A stretch of 61,468 bases of DNA, the filler included, from Basidiobolus ranarum (Eukaryota): assembly GCA_040143965.1 (NCBI GenBank). It is 9 parts of 9 records of this genome, joined end to end, with 100 filler letters (N's around TTAATTAATTAA, not from the genome) between each part and the next. Parts side by side here need not be neighbours in the genome. Positions count along the whole stretch, not along the records: positions 6,859 to 13,608 come from JASJQH010001253.1; positions 13,709 to 20,452 come from JASJQH010001254.1; positions 20,553 to 27,296 come from JASJQH010001255.1; 6 more parts are not named here. One strand, written 5' to 3'. Below the pieces are notes generated by a model. The model was given only the letters and a program-made list of their open reading frames with translations, did no database searches and had not been told where the DNA came from. Shown here in pieces: positions 10,851-24,293 of this stretch (its first letter is position 1; every line of letters starts with the position of its first letter). The position numbers were made by a program, and so were the translations under genes.

Positions 10851-12290
10851 TTATACACTACCGACTTCTTCCCATTTCAAATGAGTGTTACGACGAGATT
10901 GTAGGAATCTAGGATATGTATTTCTAAACATCAGCTCTCCCACCTCTTCCAAAGCTCTTTCAAAGATATCCACACTGAATTCTCTTCGCTTTAAGGAATC
11001 TTGGATTAACCTACGAGTTTTTCCATTCAAGTTTACCATGAATCTTGCGTTTGGAGCTACGAATGTATTATACACATCTTGAATCTCCATTTCCATAGAG
11101 CTCATTTCTGGCTCTGTACCATCTTCGGTGATCCAATCAAACTTTAGTTTGCGACATCTTTCATAGAATAATACATTCTCAACGGTAAAGTCTTGGACGG
11201 CAAAGAGTTTGAATTGCTCCCACAGATTGTAACTTTCTACCACTTTTTCAAAGGATAATTTGGTGGCGGTAAGTGGATGCGAGTTAAATCCAAAGTCGGA
11301 AGAGCCCCTATTCTGTCGCAGGAATATGGATGTAAGGGTAGGATAGCCACGTGTAGCTAGCACCGGTCTAATTATCATATGGTAGTGGAAGGTGAGCAGA
11401 GGAATGAATGTTAGGTTTACGGCGTAGTCATGAGGGTCAATATTACGGAAAATCGGAGTTTGGAAATAAATTATAAAGAATATATCAAAGAACATATTGA
11501 CGGCACTCATATGCAACAGTTCCCCTCGAATTCCGTAAGCATCAGCTACATTACGTAACAAGATAACAAGGATAAAGAGTACTGCATTATAGCAGACGAT
11601 GAATATCTGATGAGGAACCCACTCCCAGCCATCGAAGCAATTATCCACCGCAACCTGTGGGATAATGGCAATCTTATCACTGAATACCTGGATGATAATC
11701 AAAACCATTATATGGAAAGCCAAAGCAATACCAATCGATGTGTTTAAGAAATTGGTGCTTAAAAGGTATCGATGTTTATGATACCAGCTTCGTTCGAGTG
11801 GAACAATGGGGTATGTGATGTTGTTGTTAACAGTAGAGGGATCCGCTGAATATGTCAGGTTCCTCATCTCCATCCCAGAATCATCACTGGATCTTTTCTT
11901 TAAATTCGGTAGATCGGATCTTCTTTTCTTGAACTTCTTGGTCCCATCACCAATATCATGAGTTATGGCAGTTGCCAGCTTTGCTTCACTCAATCTATAC
12001 AAGAACAATAAGCGTACTGAGCGTGCAATGATGGCAAGATATATCACTGGATAGCCAAACTCGGTTACCCATACGATGAGAAAGCAAGGAAGTTTCCCAG
12101 TCAAACTCCATCGAAGCATATAGAGTGAACCCAAGATGCAAACGAATAGCTCCACCACCAGGCTGAGCTTGGGCGAGCGATACTTGATATAGTCGGTATC
12201 TTTATGCCTCCAGAACATTATAGAGCAGGCGATGCATTGAAGGACCCAGAGTGGTGTTATAACGCAAGTTAATATTAAACTTGTATTCAT
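10851..12290 (-). CDS. 7TM receptor-like protein with a C-terminal RGS domain (GprK/AtRGS1-type architecture)
   Basis: About seven hydrophobic segments with IKYRSP, LPCFLIVW and DAYGIRGEL, then an RGS box (FKLFAVQDFTVENVLFYE; IQDVYNTFVAPNARFMVNL; IFERALEEVGELMFRNTYPRFL). Intronless, 479 aa. Confidence 0.9.
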   Translation of the reverse strand: MNTSLILTCVITPLWVLQCIACSIMFWRHKDTDYIKYRSPKLSLVVELFVCILGSLYMLRWSLTGKLPCFLIVWVTEFGYPVIYLAIIARSVRLLFLYRLSEAKLATAITHDIGDGTKKFKKRRSDLPNLKKRSSDDSGMEMRNLTYSADPSTVNNNITYPIVPLERSWYHKHRYLLSTNFLNTSIGIALAFHIMVLIIIQVFSDKIAIIPQVAVDNCFDGWEWVPHQIFIVCYNAVLFILVILLRNVADAYGIRGELLHMSAVNMFFDIFFIIYFQTPIFRNIDPHDYAVNLTFIPLLTFHYHMIIRPVLATRGYPTLTSIFLRQNRGSSDFGFNSHPLTATKLSFEKVVESYNLWEQFKLFAVQDFTVENVLFYERCRKLKFDWITEDGTEPEMSSMEMEIQDVYNTFVAPNARFMVNLNGKTRRLIQDSLKRREFSVDIFERALEEVGELMFRNTYPRFLQSRRNTHLKWEEVGSV

Positions 12291-13708
12291 GTTTTGGATG
12301 ATTTCTCAGCTGCAAATTATATAGATGACTTTTGCACACACTGATGGGAGATGTCTCTTCGAGCAAAAGGGCGTGCAAAGATAGTCAAGGAATTGGAAAG
12401 GAATTCAAGGAAGCAGAAGTTTGCTTTAAACAGGCTTAAAAACCTTGAGAGGAGGTGTATGAAAATCCCGAACAATAGCCACTACACTGAGGGAGGGAAT
12501 CGGCTCAATATATATCGGTTTCATCCCCACACACCAATCAGGTAGCTTTTGATTTCACACTTTAGGTATTTGCCATAAACGTTCCAACACTAATTCAACT
12601 ACTTGCAAAAGAAAATCCGCCTCCATATGGAAGCATATTCGGTCAATTGAACCCAACAACTATGATTGATGGTGCAGTTTTGTACGGCTCTGGTCATACA
12701 GATTCGACCCATTTAAAACCACCAAGATTGATGGCCCAATATGAGTAAGTGATGCATACTAATTAACTCGTCCCACCCATCATGCTTGCACTGAGAATAT
12801 ATCTCACTTATACCTCACTTCACTGACAACTTGTTTGATCAACAGTACCACTACGAAAAACTTCATAAGCTTTAGAGTTCCCTCCGTCTCTCTATTCATT
12901 TGATCGATCAATTGTGGACAATTGTGCGACAAATTTAGCTATTGAAGTGAGAAAAAAATTGGAAAAATATATTGTGTACACGCTATGGTTTGGCCACTTT
13001 TTTCACCAAGATTTGATCCTTTGAATGGCAAGAAAATTCTCGGTTTAGCCACAAATAGATCAAAGTGTGACCACTTCTAGTTATATTTGGTTTCATTATG
13101 TTGAATTATAAGGACGATTTGAATATACACTGTTATCACTATTTATATTGAACACGAGTAGTAATGTTGTACAAAGGTCGTGCTGATGAGAACTGGACCT
13201 GAAATATGTTTCCTCTATGTTACAGGTGATTCTTGATGCAAACACATCGGGAATTTTGTTTCTGTTAGGTGTAGTTCCGTGAAATGTATCAAAAGACAGC
13301 GTTTATTGGAATTAATCGACGATAGATGACAGTACAGTGGTGATTCCAAGCATTCGGCTATTATTGTTACGATGTTGCTAGTGGCATTACTTGGACAAAC
13401 ATAAAAGATTATTTCAGAGAAATTATTTTCGAGAAATAAGCCGCTTAGCATCCGTGGCTAACGGTGATGAGAAGCGGGAGTGAGTATATCTTGTATCAAA
13501 TGAATATTGATCAGAGCACTTGGAAAATAACCAGCCTTCATACATTAGATTCGATTCCCCTAAATTTAGCATTCCAGAATAGGATAATTCAGTTGGGCAA
13601 CGGCATTGNNNNNNNNNNNNNNNNNNNNNNNNNNNNNNNNNNNNNNNNNNNNTTAATTAATTAANNNNNNNNNNNNNNNNNNNNNNNNNNNNNNNNNNNN
13701 NNNNNNNN

Positions 13709-16700
13709 ATATCAGTTAGACACTTACAACCTTTCTCACTATTCTCTCAAAACTTCTCCAAATCACCTCAAATTTTCACCCATGCTTAACAGGTATGTTT
13801 GTTATGACCTAAGCACAACCAATAGTCATATTGCATGGTAAACTATAAATAAGACATACTAAACTCAATAAAACTTGAGTGTCTAGTACACATATCTAAA
13901 TCATGTCAAAAACACTCGTAGGTCCTCTCAACACTTTTATCAGATCATATACCACAGGGTAGATGTTAAAGGGATGTCCACCAAGTCTACTACCACATAT
14001 TTTCATCCTCAGAGAAGTCTGTTGGTGAGGATTTTCACCTTTGGAAGTTTGTGGTGAAAATGATGCTAGAAGCTATGAATCTTAGGTGGGCTGTAATAGA
14101 AGAAGAAATAAAACCCCAGAAGCTATCCTTGCCTTTTACAAGATGTAGAGGAAAGCACTCTCTACACTTTGTCTTCATCTCAGGGACTCTTAATTGAGGC
14201 ACATACATTAAGCAGAGATGTCTAAGCTGCTTGGGAAACACTCAAGGGACTCAATGAGCCTTAACATCTGGCTAATAGGTTAAGTCTTGGACAACATTAT
14301 TTGCATTTCAGACAAGTTCTGATGATTCAATGGCTAATCAATTAAACAAGATTAAAACTATGGCAGACCAGCCATCATCTGCTGGAGCACCTCTCAATGA
14401 AGATGACTTAGTCATGGCACTATTTGGGAGCCTACCAGACAAGTTTGGAATCCTCATAATTGGCCTAGATTCAACACCAGAGCCATTCACAATTGAATAT
14501 GTGGGTGCCTGTCCTTTGAATGATGAAGTAATGATATCTAATGTTCAGAATAATAATGCATATCAGGCTTTTTTGGAGTTGTAAAATGTCCATTAGGCTA
14601 CAATAATGGTGCTTATAGTAGAAAATCAACCATCTACAAGTATTGCAAGAAACCATGCCATTTATTCAAAGATAGCAGAAAAAGGAATTTTACCCAAAAG
14701 CTTAAATAGGAACAAGAATATCAAGTTAGAACTGATAGAGATTGATTATTGGTGTCTGCCCTATCAATAACCACTAAGGAGGACTTAGATACAAATAATA
14801 TTGATTCAGGAGCTTTGCAGCATATGGCAAACAATAGGATTGGTTTTCCAACTTATAACCTGTCCACACAAGAAAAGTCTACTGAGGTGATGTTGATGCA
14901 CTTGATGCAGTTTCATATGGCACAGTTGTGCTCAGTTTAAACCAAAATTCAGCCACAACATCAGTCAATTTGGATAATGTACTCTATGCACTAAATACAT
15001 CCAAGAATCTGCTTGCAGATAGCTAGGCAACAGCTGAAGAACTAAAATTGTGCTCAGCAAGGTTTTGAGCAATTTTGTAAATCAGAATGATACCAAATTG
15101 ACTACTGGGATCAATACTCAAACATTATACCAGTGTGCAATCAAGAAATTGCATTCTGAGCATGCGAACTGAGCCAAAACCCATTCAATAGGCAGTAATT
15201 GTGGCATAGAAGATTAGGCCACATTGAGGAGCAAAAACTAACCCAAATTATCCAAGATCAGCTAGTTTCAAGCTTAGAAACTGATGATATTACCAAATTG
15301 GATCTGTATGAAGGTTGCATATTTGAAAAATATCACAGACAGCCACTTTCCAGCTCTACATAGATTAATTTTCCCAGAATTCTGGCCTGATTTGTTTGTA
15401 CCTGTGTAGGGCCATGAAAAACGTCTCACTACATGGCAAAAGGTACCTTATGGCATTGATGGATGACCAAATAGGATATACTTTGTTGCTCTTTCCAAAG
15501 TCACAGTCTGAAGCTTTAATCACAAGCAAGCAATATACAGCCATGGTAGAGAAAAAGTCAGCTCAAAAAAGAAGGGTAATTAGGAGTAAAAATGGTGGTA
15601 AACACTGCTCTAAATACTGCTTCTTTTTGTTTTAAACATGGTTTTAAAAACAAATTACTGTAATTTATACTCAATAGCAAAATGGAGTGGCAGAATATGC
15701 CAATAGGACAAAAGTGGATATGGAACAATTAATGTGCCTCATCAACAGTTAGATTACTAATATTTAGCTTAATCTATCCCCTCTGCAATCTAAATCAAAA
15801 CAGATGCCCTACAAGATGGCTACAAAATTTTACTCCATTTGAAGCCCTGTTAGTATCAAAACCAAGAGTGGATCATTTCAGGATCTTTGGTAGCATGGCA
15901 TATTGCCCAATTTCAGTTCAAAAATGCTCTAAATCAGAGCCCAAAAGTCGAAAATGCATACTATACTGGATGTCAGACCTACTGACTATTCATACCAAAA
16001 TACTAAACTTCATTTTGTGCAGAGATGTGCTGTTTGAACAGAAAGCAAACTTTCACCTCAAATTACAGTTCTGGATACAGAAAACACAATTGGCACTATT
16101 CAGGAAGTGTCTGACAAATTAACAGTTGTAACTGATCCCAATTCTATCAATGTTCAGCCCCATTTATATCAGATTATGATTCTGAACATGGGGAAGCATC
16201 CAGAAGGGGCTATAAACAAGGCAACTGGAGGAACACTTGCAATGATGATATCCAGGCTTATGCTGTATCCTGTGGCAAGCCAAAGACTCCAGTTTGTACT
16301 CTGGAGTGCCCATAATTAAAATCAGGGGAAAGACAATGTCTGACAGTCCGCTTATTTTGGGAATATAAGTTGTAGGTTTTAAGTCTTTTACCAATGTAAA
16401 GAAAGCTGATAGGTTGCACATAGATCTACAAAGTCAAAACTAAGCTGAGGGAACCATAGAAAGCTACATAGCAAGGTGAGTAACAAAAGGTTATTTCCAG
16501 ACTCCAGGAGTAAATTTAAACAAACCTCTGCTCCAGCAGCTAAATTCAGCTCCATCAAAGCAATCTTGAAACTCACAGCAGTCCATGCCCATGATTTACA
16601 TCATATGGACATAAAAACAGCCTTTCTGAATGAAAATCCAGGACAAGAGATCTATATGCACCAACCAGATGGATATGCTGAGCCAATGCACCCTGATATG

Positions 16701-17400
16701 GTGTGTAAATTGCACAATATGCTATATGAGCTGAGGTAAGCCACCAGGGCATGGTACAACAAGATAGAGAAGAATTTGGAATCACTGGAACTCCAAAAAT
16801 GCACACCAGAACACAATTCCACAACAAAAAGCCTGAAATTAGACCCTTATTGTGGTACTATATGTGGCTAACTAGATTAAAGAAACAACTACTCTTGAAG
16901 CACTTAATCAAAGAAAAAGCAGCTCATCAATCTAATTGCAGTTGACTGATAGGGGTGAACTAAGTTATTTCCTTGGAATGCATAAAAAGCAAGATAAACC
17001 AGGTTTGATAACCATGTTGAGTCAGTCCAGATACATCACAAACATCCTAAAATGCTTTGACCTAGAGAATAGCAAGCCTGTGGCAACACCAGTGGATACC
17101 TGGATGAAATTAATCAAAATTTCATCTGATTTGGCTAAAATAACCCAAATCACAGCTATGAGTTCCCTTATCAATCCATGGTGGGTAGTTTAATGTATAC
17201 AATGGTGGAACACCTGCAGACATTGCTGTGGCAGTGGGAACTGTCAGCCAATATCTCAAAAATCCAGGATCTGAGTGCAAAACTGCAGTAAAACAGACAC
17301 TGAGGTATTGGAGAGGGACTGTAGATCAATTTTGCAAATATTCTGACACTCTTGATGCACAAAATATGAAGGCTACAGTGATGTTAACTGGGGAAGAAAC
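13709..17400 (+). mobile_element. Degenerate Ty1/copia LTR retrotransposon, family A, copy 1 (partial 5' LTR 13709-13942; gag, PR, IN, RT, start of RH)
   Basis: gag FHLWKF and LFGSLPDKF, protease IDSGALQHM, integrase QNGVAE-like and DHFRIFGS, RT HHMDIKTAFLN and ELSYFLGM, RH GYSDVNW; many stops and frameshifts; copia domain order. Confidence 0.92.
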
Positions 17401-17751
17401 TGTTGAAATTAGATAAATAGCAACTCATTTTTAGTAGCTAGTTTAGTCATATTCTGATTATGTAGTACTGAATTCTGTCATTCCAAAATGTGGGTTTATA
17501 GCTCTATTTGATAAAAATATCAATCAGATCACTTTGACCAACTTTCACTATTTTCTCAAAACTTCTCCAAATCACCTCAATCTTTCACCCATGCTTTGTG
17601 GGCATGTTTGTTATGAACAAAGCATGTTCATTAGGTCAATTACATACTAAACTATAAATAAGACATATTCAATTCAGTAAAATTTAAGTGTCTAATTCAC
17701 AAGTTCCAATCTTGTCCACTGCACTTCCAAATCCCCTAAACACTTTTATCA
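17401..17751 (+). repeat. Family A LTR (about 350 bp, TG...CA)
   Basis: Starts TGTTGAAATTAG and ends CACTTTTATCA; followed by the degenerate PBS GGCTATGAACCCTG; similar to 43048, 43625 and 58304. Confidence 0.88.
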
Positions 17752-20452
17752 GGCTATGAACCCTGAGCTAGCTGTTAAAGGAATGTGTACCTGTACTTTT
17801 ACTAATATTTTGGCAACCACAGAGCTATTAGATGGTGAAGACTTTCACCTTTGGAAGTTCAAGACACATATGGTGCTAGAAGACAAGAACCAGTGGGGAT
17901 TTGTTACAGTAGAAGAAACAGAGCTAAAGGGACCACCATAAGCTATCCTTGCCTTACAGAAGAAGCAGAGGAAAGCACTCTCTGAACTTTGTCTACAGCT
18001 CAGAGACTTTCAAATTGAGGTATATACAATTGGCCAAAAATGTCCAAAATGCTTGAGAAACACTTGGAGACTGTGAGAGATTAAATGTCTGGATAATAGG
18101 CTATATTGTAGGTAAAAAATACTCTCAATTCCGATGATTTCTGATGATTCAATGCTTAACTATACAATTCTGATAAAAACTATGCCGGATCAGCTCTCAT
18201 CCATTGGAGCACCTCTAAATGAAGATGACCTAGTTATGACTCTACTTTAGAGCCTTCCAGTTGAGGGTGGAAATATCTTAATTGCCTTAGAATCAAGGTC
18301 AGAGCCTTTAATGATGGATGTGTTAGTGCTAGGCTTTTTAACAGGGAATTAAGAAGACCTAATTCTCAGCAAAATAATGGAGAACAGGCATTTTTTGGAG
18401 CTGTAAAGCATCCCACAGGCTTCAATAATGGTGCCCCAAGTAGGAAAGCCATTATCTGCAAGTATTGCAAGAAACCATGCCATTTAATCACAGATTGCAG
18501 AAAAAAATATATGCCTGAAAGCTAAAATTGGAGAAAGCAAAATAAGTAAGCACCGAGACAGATCATCTATTTGTGTTAGCCATATTGTTTGTCACTCAAG
18601 AAGACTCAGAAATGTTGTACATTGATTCAGAGGCTTCCCAGCATATATCTAACAAGAAAGAATGGTTTACCAGCTTAAAACCCATACAAACAAGAAAAAT
18701 CTACTTTGGTGATGACCATTCACTTGATGCAGTTGGTAAGGGCACAGTTGTGCTCAATTTAGACCAAAATTGAGCTACACCATCTGCAAAATTGGATTAA
18801 TTACTCTAAGTACCAAATCTAGCCAAAAATCTACTCTCAGTAAGCTAAGCAACAACTCAAGAACTATATTCAGTGTTCTGCAAGGCCGGATGCACTATTG
18901 CAGATCACAATAATACCACATTAGCAATTGGGATAAAAACTCAAAACTAAGACAAGCAAGAAATCAACAAGTTGCATTCCATGAATGCAAACTTGGCCAA
19001 AACAGGTTAAATAAGTGGTCAAACACAGCATAGAAGATTAGGCCATATTGGGGAACAAACACTGACCCAAATGATACATACTCAGCTTGTTTTAGGCTAA
19101 GAAATAAAAATATCACTAAATTGGATGTATGTGAAGATTGCATATATGGAGAACATCACAGACTGCCATTTTCAAGCTCTGGAGAGATCAAATCTACTCA
19201 GAATTTTGCCCTGTTTCATTCTGACTGATATAAGCACATGAAAATGTCTCATTAGATGGGAAAAGGTACTTTCTGGCTTTTACTGATGACAAAACACAAC
19301 ATACTTTGGTATTCTTTTTCAAATTCAAATATGAAGCCTTAGCTACATTCAAGAAATTACAAAACAAAGGTAGAGAAAATCAGTACAAAAAATATGTGTA
19401 CCAAGGAGTGCTAATGGTGGATAAAAATGCTGCTCTAAAGACTTTACTTGGTTTTGTTCTGAACAAGGAATTAAGCAACAAACTACTGTACCTTATACTC
19501 CACAGCAAAATGGAGTTACAGAACATGCTAATAGACTCATAGTAGAGAAAGTAAGATCAATGTTACATGATCCAAATTTAGATTACTAGTATTGGCCTGA
19601 ATCTGTCACCACTGCAGTCTATATTAAAACAGATGCCCAACAAGAATACCATGAAATTCTACTCCATTTGAAACCCTATATGTATCAAAACCAACTCTGG
19701 ATCATCTCAAGATCTTTGGTTGCATGGCAAATTGCCTAATTCCAGCTTGAAAACACTTTAAATTGGAACCTAAAAGCAGAAACTGCATATCTGTTGCTTA
19801 CTGTGATGGATCTTCGTTCCTAAAAACTGTTTGATACCAAATATCAGAAGTTGATTAAGTGCAGAGATGGGATTTTTGCTAAAAAGCAAATTTTTCACTT
19901 TAGATCCTGGTTGTTGATCAAGAGAACACTGTCAGCACTATTCAGGAAGTATCTGACAGATTTCCAGCTGTATCTGAGCCCTATTCAACTGAAACTCAAG
20001 TCCCAATTACATTAGAGGATGATTCAAGACCCAGAAGATCATCCAAAATAAGAAATAAGCCAGAAAACTGGTGGAACTCTTCCAATGATGATGTATAAGC
20101 TTATGCAGTATTTTTTTACCAGCCACAGCTTTAGATCAAGCTCTGGAATGTCCAGAGTCAAAGTTATGGGAAAAAGCAATGTCTGATGAGTTTTCTTCAC
20201 TTCGGGACAATAAAATGTGGATTTTAAGTCCTCTACAACCCAAGAGAAAGCCAATAGGTTGCAAATGGGTCTACAACATCAAAAACTAAGCTGATGGAAT
20301 TATAGAAAGGTACAAAGCAAGATTAGTTGCAAATGGTAGATCCCGGACTCTAGGAGTTGATTTCAAGGAAACTTGTACTCCAGTAGCTAAGTTTAGCTCC
20401 ATTAGATCCATCCTGGTACTCTCAGCTTACCATAAGCATGATTTAAATTAAA
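17401..20452 (+). mobile_element. Degenerate Ty1/copia, family A, copy 2 (5' LTR, PBS, gag, PR, IN, RT start; cut by contig end)
   Basis: LLDGEDFHLWKFK, CKYCKKPCHLITDC knuckle, YIDSEASQHIS, PYTPQQNGVTE, KPIGCKWVY..ERYKARLVANG. Confidence 0.93.
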
Positions 20453-21856
20453 NNNNNNNNNNNNNNNNNNNNNNNNNNNNNNNNNNNNNNNNNNNNTTAA
20501 TTAATTAANNNNNNNNNNNNNNNNNNNNNNNNNNNNNNNNNNNNNNNNNNNNTTTAACATTCTCTTATTGAACAAAGTAGAATACGCAATAAGGTTTAGC
20601 AGGTTTCTTAGAAGGACATTCATAAGGAAAATATAGATTTGATTTAGCAGAATGTATTGTTGAATCTGATTGATCAACACTGTTATTGCTTCAACTTGGT
20701 GGATAGCCGAGATACCATGATCCAATAGAATAAACTCTTCATATTAAAACCCAGAGAAGAAGTACTCCTGTGGATATAAAAAAAGAAATTAAGCATAAAT
20801 CAACGTCAAGAAGAATTGAATAAACAATTGTGGAATTTGCTTACTATTTTGATATCTATATACGTAGATCTTGTTCTATGTCCAATAGAAGATGATTGAA
20901 GAGAAGCACTAATATTAACTTTGATTTGTTGAGCATTAATAGGTAAAAAAAACTGGTCAATAGCAAGTGGTGGATAGAAAAAGAAACTGATCGATCACTT
21001 CGATACTGACCGAAAGCCGATCCAAAATCTCGGCTGAATCGTCAGTATACTTAAACTGCCAACATAGATAGCGTTGCCAAGCTTAAGGTAACATCTACAG
21101 AGCGATCCTTCATCAAGAAAAGAAAAAGCTAACATCATTTAGAGAACAAAGTATTTAGCCCAGTTAGGAATGAGCTAGATACATATTGGGAAGTCAATAG
21201 GTTAAACTCGCCTTAAGAAGTAATATGTTTTCGACAAATCATAGATACGCCCTAGATAACCTTCGTACATATGACAAGTGAACGTTTAGATCAAAAAGAT
21301 CTGTACGCCGCTTCAAATGTACTAGTTTGTGCGGTAAGAGAATCTGGGTATGCTCTGCTCTTAGGTGTCACTTTATTAGGATAACCTTCCAAAATTTCTA
21401 TGTGACTCTTCACTACTATTTGGTTGACATTCAAATCTACGCCAATCCAACAGCTTAATTCGTACATTTGATTTCAACTGAATATCAACACCTCTATATT
21501 GCTATGAACGGGAGAAGGAGCTTATTAGCAAACACCAACCACGAGTAGACGGAAATCCTCAACAACAAACACTAGTTGATGATCTAAATCGGTTAAAGAA
21601 AATACACTATTACGGAGCTAACAAATATAGATTGGTAGAAGCTGAATGGACTACCGAAATAGTTGATTTCACGATGGAGAGACAAATAATGGGGATATTA
21701 CCAAAATAAAAAATCAGATCGCCAACGCCGATAGATACAACTAATAGAGATTTGTAAGAGACACATCTGGAAAAAACCACCTCTCCTTCAAGGTTATAAA
21801 AGTAGAATGAATTGGCTTGGTTTCAACATCATCAGTTGATATCAGCTTTCTTAACA

Positions 21857-22771
21857 ATGTCTGAGCAAATCACCATCCCTGACAGCGCTGCTCCTACTAG
21901 AATCAAGGTTTCCCATGGTCATGTAAGCGAAGAGCTTTCCACCAAAGTCAGCAGCCCAGAGAGTTTGTCCAGTATGCAAAGAATGTTGAACAATGGTGCC
22001 TTAGGTAATTTCCGCTCCGCAAACCGTGAATATATTGCCGAGTTCTTTGGAACTTTTGTATTTGTGAGCTTTATCATCGGTGTTGTTCAGCAATGTAAAA
22101 TGGAGATCGGAGGCTACTCTGCAGCTGGGAACACTATCTGCTGGGGAGTGGGCTTTGGTTTTATGTTGGGATTGTACATGTGTGCTGGCATTTCTGGCGG
22201 CCACATCAACCCAGCCATCACTCTCACCATGGCTGTAAATCGTGGCTTCCCTTGGAAGAAGGTCCCATGGTATATAGTTGCTCAAGTTTTAGGTGCATTC
22301 TGCTCAGCCTTGTTGAACTACACCTATTTCCACGCACAAATTGTCAAGTTCGAAAATGGTCAGCGTGATATTCAATCCGCTGGTCTCTTTGCTGCCTTCC
22401 TTCCAGCCCATATGACCATCGGTACTGCTTTCTATGCCGAAGTCATTGATACCGCCTTTTTCGCCGCCAGTATATTTGCCATCACAGATAAGCTCAACGC
22501 TGGTGCAACTCACTATGCACCATTGGCCTTAGGTATGATGATCACCGGAATTGGACTCAGTTTCGGCTCTCTTACCGGATATTCCATGAACCCTGCACGT
22601 GATTTGGGACCTAGAATTTTCATGTCTATCGCAGGATGGGGAGATATTCCTTGGGTTGGTGGAGAACACTTTTTCTGGGTCCCTTGGATCGGACCGGCTC
22701 TGGGTGCGGTTATCGGCGGCTTTCTCTACGAGTTCTTTGCCTGCTCCAAACCAAAAAACATGTTTAACTAA
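21857..22771 (+). CDS. Aquaglyceroporin (MIP family), intronless
   Basis: AEFFGTF, ISGGHINPAIT and GYSMNPARDLGPR (NPARD is the glyceroporin signature), FWVPWIGP; ATG at 21857, TATAAAA near 21795. Confidence 0.95.
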   Translation: MSEQITIPDSAAPTRIKVSHGHVSEELSTKVSSPESLSSMQRMLNNGALGNFRSANREYIAEFFGTFVFVSFIIGVVQQCKMEIGGYSAAGNTICWGVGFGFMLGLYMCAGISGGHINPAITLTMAVNRGFPWKKVPWYIVAQVLGAFCSALLNYTYFHAQIVKFENGQRDIQSAGLFAAFLPAHMTIGTAFYAEVIDTAFFAASIFAITDKLNAGATHYAPLALGMMITGIGLSFGSLTGYSMNPARDLGPRIFMSIAGWGDIPWVGGEHFFWVPWIGPALGAVIGGFLYEFFACSKPKNMFN

Positions 22772-23500
22772 ACATCTAGGCATATTTTAGAGCCAAATTC
22801 ATCCCTCATCCCTCATCCCTCATCCATATTTAATGCACACCATATACTACCATCATAGGAAACCCATCTTCGCCTGTTTCCAATATATTAATTCAAAAGA
22901 ATATCTGTAATAAAACTATACTATCCAAACATTTGCTCAAGTACATGAAATGTTCGATTGATTTATGAAGGTCTAGAACAATCAAATGAAGAGAAGGAAG
23001 GTAGCACAACACTGAGGCGATGCGTATGTATTAGAGTCTAAAACACTAGTAATGCCGAGAGCGCTTTATGATGTCGATCTCTCCTAAGTAGTCCTTTTTC
23101 CCATTCCTTTTTCTCCGTAACCCTGGAGAACATACAGTATGTGTTTGTATTGACTCATTTGTTTCACCATTTAACCCTTGTAAACTAAAAAACACTCAAT
23201 ATTGACTACTAAGTATTTAGTTATTTAATCATTTGCAGTGAAAACTTTGAGTCAAGGAGATGAGATGAGAACCTCAAATTAGTGTCATGAGTACCCCTCA
23301 AACCATAATTCTTAATCAAGCTTTTAATCGCTATCTTATTGAACTCTAGTCCTCTATCCAGTTTCCACTTGACTTAAAGACTTGGGCAGGCCTTTTCATT
23401 CAGTCTTACGACCTTTCCTCTATTGTATTCCTGTTTGCATTCGAAATAATCTGTTCTCATTTCCTCCCTCCTCGACTTTTAAATATAACCTGAAGCATAA

Positions 23501-24293
<793 letters not shown>

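Noticed and set aside
13183-13204. Hammerhead-like CTGATGA...GAAA (also a near match on the minus strand near 25115-25131)
   Set aside because: Stem II does not pair in the first, the core is TCGATGA in the second, and neither is near the PLE.
22001-22790. Short ORFs overlapping the aquaglyceroporin, ycaC, vigilin and VPS13 genes
   Set aside because: They are antisense or alternate-frame shadows of real CDSs with no motifs of their own.
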